NCBI GenBank assembly: GCA_031385045.1
Contig: JANNBC010000016.1
Coordinates: 1 to 64,000 of the forward strand
Length of the DNA: 64,000 nucleotides
Origin: a bacterium
GTDB taxonomy: Bacteria; Bdellovibrionota_C; UBA2361; CALJRW01
Direction: 5' to 3'
This document shows, one piece after another, positions 10,202-20,091 of this stretch (positions are counted from its first letter, which is position 1; every line of letters begins with the position of its first letter). The notes under the pieces were generated by a model that was given only the letters and a program-made list of their open reading frames with translations, did not search any database and was not told the origin of the DNA. A program made the translations under genes and the position numbers.

Positions 10202-10400
10202 CGATAAATCATAATTAAATTTTATGGAAATTTATTTAAGGAAATATTAAAAAACACATACCATCCTTTCAGACTTTTAGTATCGCAGGCCTTTCTCCAA
10301 GAAGTTTTAAATTTGAATCAGGTTTATGTACTTTGTAAAAATTGGCAGGCACAATATGTTCTTCACAATATTAAAGCATCTATATGAACTTGCTGACTAG
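10202..10400 (+). pseudogene. Decayed Phd/YefM-type antitoxin with upstream palindromic operator
   Basis: Translates EILKNTY..FLQEVLNLNQVYVLCKNWQAQYVLHNIKA..LYELAD; start lost, frameshift; homologous to 58585-58827. Confidence 0.55.
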
Positions 10401-10681
10401 GGAGGAAGGATATATGAAGCTCAAGACATTAGAGATATTGGTGATTCTCAGTAAAATACAAGTGATCAAAGATGCCAGGCTCTAAATAAAATAATCTCAA
10501 GACAAATCCTGTACAATGATAAATTTATTAAACAAATCAATTGTTTATCTGAGACCTTGGTTTTTTTAATTTAGCTAGATTGAATGTTCACTAAAAAATT
10601 AGAAGCAAATAGTTAAAATAACTTGATATTACTACTTGTTGTGACGAAAACAACAAACAGCCATTTTCATGGAGTTTTTAT

Positions 10682-11155
10682 ATGAAATTTTTGAACATTT
10701 TTGTATTATTATCTTTTGTTACAGTTAGCAATTCAGTATTTGCTGAGTTTAAATACTTTACTAATGCAAATGCCTTGGATCTTGTTACTGTAGATTTGAG
10801 ATGTGACTATCGTGTTAAGACTTCTCTTGGTAGTGGAGTTTATACTTATGCTAAAGTTACAAATATTAAAACAGTATACGGAAAACTTGACTATCTGAAA
10901 GTTCGATTAGATAGCAATGATGTAACAGAGTATCTTTTGGCTACTAATAATACTTTTTTATCAAATCCTTACAAAGAATTAATTAGAGACATCGTCACAA
11001 CAAGTGGTAATTTTGAGAATAACTATGAATTTTCACTTACTTTTTCTCCTAAATCAAATAACAAGACATTTCTTTTCTATAAGAGCGGAGCTGTTCCAAT
11101 GAGGGATAATTTTTTCATAATTGAAAAAGACTGTGGCACTACAGTTATAAAGTGA
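10682..11155 (+). CDS. Secreted hypothetical protein
   Basis: GGAG RBS; signal peptide MKFLNIFVLLSFVTVSNSVFA. Confidence 0.75.
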   Translation: MKFLNIFVLLSFVTVSNSVFAEFKYFTNANALDLVTVDLRCDYRVKTSLGSGVYTYAKVTNIKTVYGKLDYLKVRLDSNDVTEYLLATNNTFLSNPYKELIRDIVTTSGNFENNYEFSLTFSPKSNNKTFLFYKSGAVPMRDNFFIIEKDCGTTVIK

Positions 11156-11171
11156 AGGAATTAAATTACAG

Positions 11172-11236
11172 TGGATCTGCCCTGCCTGAATAGAGCCAGT
11201 TAAAATGATAGACTATTTTAACTGGAGGAACTATGA
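11172..11236 (+). mobile_element. Orphan IS3-family left end (IRL + RBS + ATG), no transposase
   Basis: 61/65 nt identical to the reverse complement of 77-141; begins with TG. Confidence 0.85.
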
Positions 11237-11348
11237 GCTTGACCCAAATTTTCACCATCTGAGACTCACTGACAATCAAGTCACCTAGATAAAGCTGTGT
11301 TTGACCCACTGAAGTTCTTTTCATAGGCTCTGGCTTCCAAGCACTTCC

Positions 11349-11999
11349 GAGAAATCTGCAGAGTTTACATTCTATAAGTTAAAAGCAAATAAGGTGGCAG
11401 TAATTGCGACCAATGCTGAGTGGTCGCTGGAGGTCAGTGCTGGTTTTCAAAAACATTTTAAAGCGATTGCTGGGGAGGTTACAGCTACGATTGAAGCTAG
11501 TCCCGAAGAGCTCGATTTTCGGACTATTTTACAAAAAGTTTTAAAAACAAACCCAGATGTTATTTATGGCCCAGTTAATAACGATCCTAATGCTTTCTTT
11601 AAACAACTACACTCCTTAAATTCAACTATCACAATAGTGACATCGGATATTTTAAATCCAGATTTGATTAATGAAGATCTCAAACTTTACGAAGGTGTTT
11701 ATCAAAGCATGGTGATTGATCCAGCAAACTCAGAATTAGACAAAGCTAAGATTGCTTACAAGGAATATTTTAAAAAGCCGTTGACTCTACCTCTCTATGT
11801 TGGCTGGGGAATGGATGCCGTTAATTTATTTTTACTTGCTAGAGAAAATAACGCTCAAGATTTAGCAGCTGGACTTTATAAGATTAAGAATTTCGTTAGG
11901 GTATCTGCTAATATTTCCATTTCTCAGGGAGGTTCATCTCCAATGTACGTTTGTATTGTACAGGTGAGGAATGGGAAGTTCGAGATTATTAAACGATAG
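11349..11999 (+). pseudogene. 5'-truncated LivK-like binding protein
   Basis: Only the C-terminal half (KVAVIA..DFRTILQKV..PDVIY) is present; no signal peptide; lies just downstream of the IS end. Confidence 0.7.
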
Positions 12000-12079
12000 G
12001 TGGTTATTATGTATAGGCCAATTATTACTTAAATTGACTATTTTGGGTAATTTAAGAAATTTGTAGAATCATAGTTAAG

Positions 12080-12124
12080 TTTCATGAAATTCTGCTTGAT
12101 AAATGCCGAATTTCATGAAATAAT
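12080..12124 (+). promoter_or_regulatory. 13-bp inverted repeat overlapping a TTGATA-17-AATAAT promoter; likely leaderless
   Basis: TTTCATGAAATTC (12080-12092) / GAATTTCATGAAA (12108-12120); GTG start at 12131. Confidence 0.5.
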
Positions 12125-12130
12125 GCCTAG

Positions 12131-13276
12131 GTGTATAATCGTATCCTTAATCTGGCGGAGATTCTAAAATATCGTTCAGTCTTTCTTTTTGGCCCCAGAC
12201 AAACTGGTAAAAGTACCTACCTACAAACTCTCTATCCAGAGGCTCGCTATGTAAACCTCTTAAAAGCTGATGAATTTTTAGAGTTAAGTCTTAGGCCGGA
12301 GCGGTTAAGACAAAGTTTAACTAGTAATGATGAATTAGTCATTATCGATGAGATTCAAAAACTGCCTCAAATGCTTGATGAGGTACAGGCGATGATCTTA
12401 GAAAATCCAAAACTTAGATTTATCTTAACAGGGAGTAGTGCTAGAAAATTAAAAAGAGGGCAGGCAAATTTATTAGCTGGGCGAGCAATCGTTCAAAACT
12501 TTTATCCGCTAGTTAGTGTAGAAGTTGGGTACTCAAAAATACTCCAAAGATTAAATCAAGGAAGTCTGCCGGCGATATTTAATTCTGAAATTTATCAGGA
12601 AGATTTGCGAAGCTATGTCGGTACTTATTTAAAAGAGGAAATCTTAGAAGAAGGCCTGACGCGTGGAATTGAAAGTTTTTCCAGATTTTTAGAAATCGCA
12701 GCGCTATCTAATAGTAAGCAATTAAACTTTACTGAGATTGGAAACGATGCCGGAGTTCCTCCAAAAGTTATCCGAGAATATTATCAAATTCTAGAAGATA
12801 CGCTTCTTGGATTTCAACTTCCAGCATATCAAAAAACTATTAAGCGGAAGCCCGTTAGTACTGCAAAGTTTTATCTGTTTGATATTGGAGTAACTAATAG
12901 TCTTTGCCGAAGATCCAAGATAGAATCACGTTCGGAGTTGTATGGAGAAGCATTGGAACAACTAATTGCTTTAGAGCTGAAAGCTTACTTAGATTATCGT
13001 AGAATAGATCTACCCTTAACTTACTGGAGGAGCTTGTCACAAATTGAAGTTGATTTTGTAATTGGAGATAGTGTAGCAATTGAAGTTAAGGCAAAGGAGC
13101 GAATATCTAAACGAGACTACAAAAATTTAGAATTGCTCGGAGAAGAATTAGTAGGGCTTCGTAAAATAGTTGTATGTAATGAGCAACGTTATCTTAGAAT
13201 TAATCAAAATATTGAAATTATGCCAGTTGAGTATTTTTTAAAGGAACTTTGGGAAGATCGAATAGTAAGCATTTAA
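12131..13276 (+). CDS. AAA_14 ATPase with DUF4143 domain (paralog of 1445-2599)
   Basis: GPRQTGKS, IDEIQK, LTGSSARKL, KFYLFDIG, EVDFVI..AIEVK. Confidence 0.9.
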   Translation: MYNRILNLAEILKYRSVFLFGPRQTGKSTYLQTLYPEARYVNLLKADEFLELSLRPERLRQSLTSNDELVIIDEIQKLPQMLDEVQAMILENPKLRFILTGSSARKLKRGQANLLAGRAIVQNFYPLVSVEVGYSKILQRLNQGSLPAIFNSEIYQEDLRSYVGTYLKEEILEEGLTRGIESFSRFLEIAALSNSKQLNFTEIGNDAGVPPKVIREYYQILEDTLLGFQLPAYQKTIKRKPVSTAKFYLFDIGVTNSLCRRSKIESRSELYGEALEQLIALELKAYLDYRRIDLPLTYWRSLSQIEVDFVIGDSVAIEVKAKERISKRDYKNLELLGEELVGLRKIVVCNEQRYLRINQNIEIMPVEYFLKELWEDRIVSI

Positions 13277-13295
13277 TAATGTACTTTTACTTATA

Positions 13296-14945
13296 TTGTT
13301 CAAGAAAAATCTAAGTCTCAAAAATATTATGAGATCATCAATTGATTGCGGTAACTTGTCTAAAAATTTTAAAATCTACACATTCCTAATAGGAATTTGC
13401 CTATATTTATTTTTCGCAACATGGAAGCTTAATATTCCAGGCCCATATTATGATGAGCTACTTTTTGTTGATACTGCCACCTCTTTTGATCCATCATTAT
13501 TTATCTACAAGTCCTTTCTGGGAATTCCGATCTTATTGATGAGTTATATTGGTGCATTAAAGGCTTGGATCTATGCTCCAATTTTTAATTTATTGGGGGT
13601 TAGTATTTATAGCATCCGCCTCCCAATGATTCTTCTTGGTCTAGGTACTTTAAGTATTTATTTTTTTATTCTGCAAAAGCTAGTTAGGCAAAAGCTCTTA
13701 TTTTTTTGTTCCTTTTTACTTCTTTGCACAGATCCAGCTTTTAGTTTTGTTAGTCGGATTGATTGGGGGCCAAATGCTATTGCTCATTTTTTGATTGCCT
13801 TGTTGTTCTGGCAGTTTCTGCGCTATCTGAAATATGGTTCTCCTTGGATGCTTCTCAGTATAGTTATCACCGCTCTGCTGGGAGTATTTGAGAAATTAAA
13901 TTTTCTATGGTTTTTAAATGGATTGCTGTTTGCAGGATTTTTTTGCTATCGAAGGGAACTTTGGGGAAAATTTAAATTAAACAAAAGACCAACAGTCCTA
14001 ATCCTTTGCTTGGCTATGATTATTGCCATTTGGTTAATGATCGTTTGGATTATTCCAGCATCACAAGCTCTGGAAGCGGATAAGCCTTTTACGTTATTAG
14101 ATAAGGCAAATAATACATATCATCAACTACGCCTAGTATTGTCTTCGGAATCAATCTATTCGATGGTCTTTGCTAGTAGTTATCCTTATGCTATTCAAAT
14201 GATCCTACCTGTCTTGCTAGGGGTCTCAATTCTGACATTACTAATTCGCAAGAATGAGATGATTGTTTTGGCAAGATTTTCTCTACTAATTAGCATTTGT
14301 ATCTTAGTGCAAATATGGTTAACCCGTTCGGCTGGTGGCCCACATCATCTTTTATTAATTTGGCCACTAATCTGGTTGGTAATTATTTTAAATTCTTCAG
14401 CAATTATTTGTTCTTACTCTTATTTAAGATCGCCAATTTATTTAATTATTTTTATTTTGCTAATTGGAAATATTCTTCATGGAAGCTATTTTATTACTCA
14501 AATAAATCTCGCTAATAGCTGGAGACCAAGTTGGTCTCCAGCTATTTATAAATTAATTGAAGATCTTGAACAGGATCCTGCGGAAGAAATATTTTGCCTA
14601 GATTGGGGATTAGCTACCTCGATTAAAGCCTTGGCAAATTTACCTGTCAGAACAAATATTCATGATATTTGGCCGAGCTTTTGGAATAAACCTAAGATTA
14701 GTCGTGCCCGTAATTTACGAAATCTGATTAAATCAAAGAATAGCGATTTAACAAAAATTAGATTAGTTGAATTTATTCCTAGTCAAGCAGTAAGACCTCA
14801 AGTACATCGAAACCTTAAAAAATTATTAAAATCACTAAAGCATTATCAGGCAGAAGTTTCTTTAGTTCAACTAAATGGTTATGGATATTTAGTTTATAAT
14901 TTTAAAGAAAGGATGGAGTCCCCAATATTAACAAAGCCTAGATAG
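13296..14945 (+). CDS. Multi-pass GT-C glycosyltransferase (ArnT/PMT_2-like)
   Basis: YYDE motif in the first loop and many TM helices; start may be ATG 13329. Confidence 0.7.
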   Translation: MFKKNLSLKNIMRSSIDCGNLSKNFKIYTFLIGICLYLFFATWKLNIPGPYYDELLFVDTATSFDPSLFIYKSFLGIPILLMSYIGALKAWIYAPIFNLLGVSIYSIRLPMILLGLGTLSIYFFILQKLVRQKLLFFCSFLLLCTDPAFSFVSRIDWGPNAIAHFLIALLFWQFLRYLKYGSPWMLLSIVITALLGVFEKLNFLWFLNGLLFAGFFCYRRELWGKFKLNKRPTVLILCLAMIIAIWLMIVWIIPASQALEADKPFTLLDKANNTYHQLRLVLSSESIYSMVFASSYPYAIQMILPVLLGVSILTLLIRKNEMIVLARFSLLISICILVQIWLTRSAGGPHHLLLIWPLIWLVIILNSSAIICSYSYLRSPIYLIIFILLIGNILHGSYFITQINLANSWRPSWSPAIYKLIEDLEQDPAEEIFCLDWGLATSIKALANLPVRTNIHDIWPSFWNKPKISRARNLRNLIKSKNSDLTKIRLVEFIPSQAVRPQVHRNLKKLLKSLKHYQAEVSLVQLNGYGYLVYNFKERMESPILTKPR

Positions 14946-15005
14946 TAGGAGCTATAAATTTTTGTTTTCAGTTGAATAAGTTTTAAAAATAACTATACTC
15001 CCAGC

Positions 15006-15626
15006 ATGTCGTTGCCCCCATCTGAAGTACAAACTGCTAAAGAATATCATCTACAACTAGAAGGACTTAGTTTTAAGCCTTGTGGATTTAGACATGAATT
15101 CTCTGGTCTAAAGGGAGAGACCTTTCCCCTATGCGTCAATCGCGAATCTGAAAATTTAGGCTGTGCTCATGTTCGTGATCAGGCAATCAGATCGACTATC
15201 ACCTTTCTTACTCGATACCAAATATTTACAGAGCAGGATCAGAAAAGCTTAATTGAAGTCTTAGGAGTAGTTAATGCGGAACTGGGGGCGATTGATACTT
15301 GGGCTCAGGAGTTAGATTCCATGCTCCGCGACTTTCGTAAGTTAGATCCTTTAGCAGTCGAGCAGAAGCTTGGAAAACATGGCTTAACTCATCAAGGGTA
15401 TAACTCTATTCCTGCTATCTTGCGGAAAGCACCTCAAGAAGAACAAGTAGTCGCCGCGCAGCCAAAAATTTATTTAAATGAAAAACTTAAACTTATTCTT
15501 AAATCTTTACTAAATCGGGAAACGATTGAGGCCAAGCAACATGCCAAGGAGTTAATGGCCAAGATTACTAATTGGTTTGAGCAAGATGATACCGTAGCAC
15601 CTCGTTTTGATTGGTCTGTTAACTAA
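15006..15626 (+). CDS. Hypothetical cytoplasmic protein
   Basis: 206-aa ORF; TATACT 6 nt upstream of the ATG. Confidence 0.65.
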   Translation: MSLPPSEVQTAKEYHLQLEGLSFKPCGFRHEFSGLKGETFPLCVNRESENLGCAHVRDQAIRSTITFLTRYQIFTEQDQKSLIEVLGVVNAELGAIDTWAQELDSMLRDFRKLDPLAVEQKLGKHGLTHQGYNSIPAILRKAPQEEQVVAAQPKIYLNEKLKLILKSLLNRETIEAKQHAKELMAKITNWFEQDDTVAPRFDWSVN

Positions 15627-15765
15627 TTTTAGTTACTATTACTGATTTGTAAACCTTCACGTATTTGTAAAAGTTTCAAAGGAACAAATCCCCTTAAAGG
15701 GGTCAATTTACGAAGTAAATTGGGGGTGGAGACACTATCCGTTCACACTACTCGACAAAATCATT

Positions 15766-15798
15766 TCCGCCGTTGCACCATGTGCTATGGCGGACAAG
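15766..15798. repeat. REP-like palindromic repeat (TCCGCCG..GC-loop-GCT.TGGC..ACAAG family)
   Basis: Related copies at 37023-37053 (-), 52099-52159 and 54985-55044. Confidence 0.6.
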
Positions 15799-15857
15799 CT
15801 AGATTCTAACCAAGGAATAAATTAGTTTTTGCTCTAATAAAACCTTTTCAAAACACT

Positions 15858-16904
15858 TTAATCTTCGCCGTGAACGGATACACTGATTTTTCCTTGTTCA
15901 ATTTTAAAGAGTGCTGTTGGGATACTTAAATATTGATCGTCCTTAGTTTTTACTAATCGTGAAGTACTGTGTGCTCCTTCATAACCATCTATTGATAATA
16001 TTTTAGCCATTAAGCTAGTAGTAGCTTGATTAGCAAGCGCCAGTGTTAAGATCCTTCCAACATCGTACATAATAGCAACGGAGATGATATGGTATTGATC
16101 TGGGTGGGTAGCGGTATAGTTGTTAATGAAATCAGCACTCAAGGCTGACGAGAAAAAATAAATTGTTTTTTGATAATTTTTAGTAGCATCGAGATCCGCT
16201 GTAGCTTCGATAAAGTTACAGGCAAAAACTTCTGGTTGATAATCAAGTTGCTTTAATTGTTTAATGAATATTCCGTTATCCCCTGGGTTTAGACAAATAG
16301 CAAAATTTTTGACTGCTTGGCTTTTAGCTCTGAGTATTAAGGATTTAAAATCTTGTTGCGAAGCAGGTAACTCGGCTAAAGATTTACTAGGAGAGTCATA
16401 GCGTGCGTATAATTCTTTCCCCCAAAGGGAGCTGTAGTTATGAGGATGAACTACTACTTGCAATGAACCAGTAGCTTTTTCATTTAGAATTTTCGCAGTT
16501 GCTAGAAATTCTTCCTCTGGTGTTGTGCCAAGTCTAATAACATAAGGATTGTTAAGAAAAATTGGCTCTTTGCTAGCCCAGATAATTGTTGGGATTTTAA
16601 ATTTAAGAGCCAGGGGAGCAATTGCTGTGCCTGTGACCGTATCTCCCACAATCATGACTTGCACTTTATCTTTTTCAATTAGTTTGTGAAAAGAGGCAAT
16701 TGTTTTAGCTGGAGCAAATTGGTCATCTTCATATATAAATTCAATTTGTTTTTTGGCGTCGGCCATTTGCAAGCCTTGGCGATAGGCATTGCCATAAGTT
16801 GACCAAGGGCCAGAGAACCCAGCGATTACTCCAACCTTTAATCTTTCAGCTTGTAAATTAAAAGTTGGCAGAACTAGTAAAGTGAGCAGTAAGATTCTAA
16901 ACAT
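15858..16904 (-). CDS. LivK/LivJ-like type I periplasmic binding protein
   Basis: LKVGVIAGFSG, YEDDQFAP, DFKSLILR, YD motif. Confidence 0.85.
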   Translation of the reverse strand: MFRILLLTLLVLPTFNLQAERLKVGVIAGFSGPWSTYGNAYRQGLQMADAKKQIEFIYEDDQFAPAKTIASFHKLIEKDKVQVMIVGDTVTGTAIAPLALKFKIPTIIWASKEPIFLNNPYVIRLGTTPEEEFLATAKILNEKATGSLQVVVHPHNYSSLWGKELYARYDSPSKSLAELPASQQDFKSLILRAKSQAVKNFAICLNPGDNGIFIKQLKQLDYQPEVFACNFIEATADLDATKNYQKTIYFFSSALSADFINNYTATHPDQYHIISVAIMYDVGRILTLALANQATTSLMAKILSIDGYEGAHSTSRLVKTKDDQYLSIPTALFKIEQGKISVSVHGED

Positions 16905-16910
16905 TAATTT

Positions 16911-17387
16911 CTACTTTAACAAACTAAGGTACTCAGCAAATAGCTTTCGTTCTAATCTTCGCATTCGATCTGCTTCTGATTTGCTAACATTTACATGATC
17001 GTACCCCATTAAATGCAAAAGTCCATGAATACTTAAACGCAGGACTTCGTGATCAAGAGAATGGTGATACTTTTTAGCTTGCACTTTGGCAGTATCAAGA
17101 GAAATAACTACATCTCCCAGTTGGTTATTGTGGGAAAAATCTGGGTCGATGATTTCTGGTATTTGTGATTCAATCTGGGAAAAGGAAAGAACATCAGTTG
17201 GTTTATCTTTATTGCGATAGGTTAAATTTAAATGGTGAACCTCAACATCGGTTGTTAGCAAAAAAGATACCGAGTTAATTTGGCTAGGTATATTCTTCCA
17301 GTCCGAGTCGTTTAAGATTTTCGCCAGAATTTTCTTGAATCCCAGGTTTTTCAGTTTGATTGTTCGGTGCTTTTTTTGAAGAGTCAC
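16911..17387 (-). CDS. ybeY: rRNA maturation endoribonuclease YbeY
   Basis: LN..YR.KDKPTDVLSF, LGDVVIS, IHGLLHLMGYDH; real start probably GTG 17387 (ORF open to 17534). Confidence 0.93.
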   Translation of the reverse strand: MTLQKKHRTIKLKNLGFKKILAKILNDSDWKNIPSQINSVSFLLTTDVEVHHLNLTYRNKDKPTDVLSFSQIESQIPEIIDPDFSHNNQLGDVVISLDTAKVQAKKYHHSLDHEVLRLSIHGLLHLMGYDHVNVSKSEADRMRRLERKLFAEYLSLLK

Positions 17388-18954
17388 CTGCCATTTCTTT
17401 TTCGTTAGGTTGGGTGACTTTTTCAGATTTTCTTTTTTGCCTGCTATCTTCAATGTTTTTGTCGGTTTTTTCATTTTTTGCTGGGTGTTTATCGTCGTGT
17501 TCATCGTAAGAGATTCTTTGATGATAGATACCATTTAATGTTCTAGTAAAACAACGGGCAACTTTATGTAAATCTCTAAGTGTCAGATCGGTCTCTTCTA
17601 ACTGCCCACTAGCAAAGATCTTATTAATCATCTTTTGCACATGCATTTGGATTCGGTCAACTGAAAACTCGGTTAATGTTCGGGAAGAAGATTCAATAAC
17701 ATCAGCTAACATTAAGATTCCTGCCTCTCTAGTTTGAGGTTTTGGGCCTGAGTAGCTGTAAAGACTCTGATCAACTTCTGTTGTTTCACCATGCTCTTCA
17801 GATTCTTTACAGGCCTTGTTGTAGAAGTATTCAATCATCCCAGTGCCATGATGCTGTTGAATTAAATCAATAATTGCTTGTGGTAAGCGATGCTCTTTGG
17901 CCATTTCTACACCATCTTTGACGTGAGCTCTAATAATTAGCGAAGACATTGAAGGGCTTAAACGATCGTGACGATTCTCATTACCTTTTTGATTTTCTAC
18001 AAAATAAATTGGTTTTTTTGCTTTGCCGATATCATGAAAATACGCACCAACTCGAGAGAGAACTTTATTTGCTCCAACTTCATCCGCAGCAGCTTCAACC
18101 ATCATTCCTACAACCATGGAATGGTTCCAAGTTCCAGGGGCTTGAACACTTAGTTCTTTCAGGAGTGGATGATCTAATGTGGACATTTCGATTAATCGTA
18201 AATCTGTCACATAGCCACCGATATGCTCAAGGAGTGGAGTGAAGGCTGCGGCAATTGCGACGGCTAGTAAACCAGAAACTAGTGGGGAGAGGATTCTAAA
18301 GAATATTTCTGCGGTGGAAATGTAATCCTGATGAATAACTGCGACGATGCTAAAAGGTACCGCAATAATACCAATTTTTAGTGCGGCCCGTAAGTATGTG
18401 GAGCGAGATCTTAAATCAGATAAGCTTAAGCAAGCGATTAAATTTGTTAACAGAACATAGGGGATAATTAATGGATCGTTTGGTAAGTAAAATCCAACGA
18501 TAATCGAGAAGCAAATTCCAAAAACTAATCCATAGTTTAAACCTTTTACCGCAGCAATTAACAGTCCACCAAAAGCAAATGGTACGGCAAAGCGTAACGC
18601 CTGAGAAGTTACACCAACTAAGCTTGGAAATTTAGAAGCAAAATATTCAGTGAAAGCTAGGGTGGTAATATTCCCAAACCAAAAAACGAATACGGAAAGA
18701 ATTAACATCCCATGAATTAGGACCAGATCTTTGTATTGCGGACGAAAACGCACCATGCTTTGAATGGCGTAATATTGAATGACAGAAAGCGAGATGAAAA
18801 TTATTGCGACACGTCCGATAGTGGATTCAATGGAATTGTTTCCAATAAATTTCTGAAAAAGAAATTCTCCAAAAACTGTCGTGAGCAAAGTCAGTAACAG
18901 CAGGCCTGAATATCTTTTAATTTCTGGATTATCACTAAAAAGATTATTGCTCAT
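17284..18954 (-). CDS. 7TM-HD (HDIG) phosphohydrolase, PgpH-like
   Basis: TM helices, then APGTWNHS, YFHDIGK, HV.DG, QHHGT, LAD..E; phoH-HD-ybeY context. Confidence 0.9.
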   Translation of the reverse strand: MSNNLFSDNPEIKRYSGLLLLTLLTTVFGEFLFQKFIGNNSIESTIGRVAIIFISLSVIQYYAIQSMVRFRPQYKDLVLIHGMLILSVFVFWFGNITTLAFTEYFASKFPSLVGVTSQALRFAVPFAFGGLLIAAVKGLNYGLVFGICFSIIVGFYLPNDPLIIPYVLLTNLIACLSLSDLRSRSTYLRAALKIGIIAVPFSIVAVIHQDYISTAEIFFRILSPLVSGLLAVAIAAAFTPLLEHIGGYVTDLRLIEMSTLDHPLLKELSVQAPGTWNHSMVVGMMVEAAADEVGANKVLSRVGAYFHDIGKAKKPIYFVENQKGNENRHDRLSPSMSSLIIRAHVKDGVEMAKEHRLPQAIIDLIQQHHGTGMIEYFYNKACKESEEHGETTEVDQSLYSYSGPKPQTREAGILMLADVIESSSRTLTEFSVDRIQMHVQKMINKIFASGQLEETDLTLRDLHKVARCFTRTLNGIYHQRISYDEHDDKHPAKNEKTDKNIEDSRQKRKSEKVTQPNEKEMAGDSSKKAPNNQTEKPGIQENSGENLKRLGLEEYT

Positions 18955-19029
18955 GATTCTCAACCTTTTGGATCACAAAAGTTCAAACTATTTAATTGCT
19001 TAGAAGATGAGTATCCCCAAAAGGGAGAG

Positions 19030-20019
19030 TTAAACATTATAACTATTATAAGCCCTAATAATTTCAGCAACAAGGCGATGTCTAATCACATCTGTTTCAT
19101 CAAAATGAATAATTTTCATTCCGGAACAATCTTTTAGCACATGCAACGCCTGCTTTAAACCAGATTCTTCATGGCGTGGTAAGTCAATTTGAGTAATATC
19201 TCCCGTAACCAGGCATTTAGAGCCTTGTCCTAGGCGCGTCAGGAACATTTTCATTTGTCCACAGCTAGTGTTTTGGGCTTCATCTAAAATAACAACTGCA
19301 TTACTTAATGTTCTTCCACGCATAAAAGCTAAGGGAGCTACTTCAATTGCGCCCTTCTCAATTAATTCATTTCCTTGTTCCACGCCAACTAAGTCATAGA
19401 GTGCGTCATAGAGTGGACGAAGATAGGGATTCACTTTTTCTGTTAAGTCACCTGGTAAAAATCCAAGTTTTTCACCAGCTTCAACTGCTGGTCTTGTTAA
19501 GATAATTCTTTTGACTTCCTTATTCAGTAAAGCCGAGACAGCCATGGCCATTGCTAAGTAAGTCTTACCAGTTCCTGCTGGTCCAATACCAAAGACCAGA
19601 TCGTACTGTCGCAAAGCTTCTAAATATTGTTTTTGGTTAACAGTCTTTGGAAAAACACTTTTATTGCGGCCATTAATATGAATTTTATCAGCCATTAACT
19701 GTGATAGCTGAGCATTTCGATCGCCAGATAATATTTTAATTGCTCTTTTTAGATCCCCTTCAGAGAAATGTTGATCGCTGTCTAGGACACTTGTTAGTTG
19801 AGTGAAAAGATCGGTTGCTAAATCTACTGAACTACCTGGTCCCAAGATTGTAATTCCATGTGAAGTACTAGTAAGTTTAAGATCTAAAAGCTTCTCGGCT
19901 GATTTTAAGAGAGCATCTTGATTGGCACTAAGTGTTTTTAAATGATCGTTACTTAAATTAACAAAAGCTTCTTTTTTTGTTTCACTAATATTTTTAATCG
20001 ACTTATCTTTATCTGTCAT
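19030..20019 (-). CDS. phoH: PhoH-family ATPase
   Basis: GPAGTGKTYLA, RPAVEAGEKLGFLPG, LAFMRGRTL, DEAQN. Confidence 0.95.
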   Translation of the reverse strand: MTDKDKSIKNISETKKEAFVNLSNDHLKTLSANQDALLKSAEKLLDLKLTSTSHGITILGPGSSVDLATDLFTQLTSVLDSDQHFSEGDLKRAIKILSGDRNAQLSQLMADKIHINGRNKSVFPKTVNQKQYLEALRQYDLVFGIGPAGTGKTYLAMAMAVSALLNKEVKRIILTRPAVEAGEKLGFLPGDLTEKVNPYLRPLYDALYDLVGVEQGNELIEKGAIEVAPLAFMRGRTLSNAVVILDEAQNTSCGQMKMFLTRLGQGSKCLVTGDITQIDLPRHEESGLKQALHVLKDCSGMKIIHFDETDVIRHRLVAEIIRAYNSYNV

Positions 20020-20091
20020 TCATTATCCATATTACTCTACCAACTAGTAATCCACTAGGACTTTTCTCTAGCTAGTTAGAGTCAATTAAAA

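Noticed and set aside
17388..17534. Lys-rich N-terminal extension of YbeY
   Set aside because: Off-frame reading of the HD protein tail
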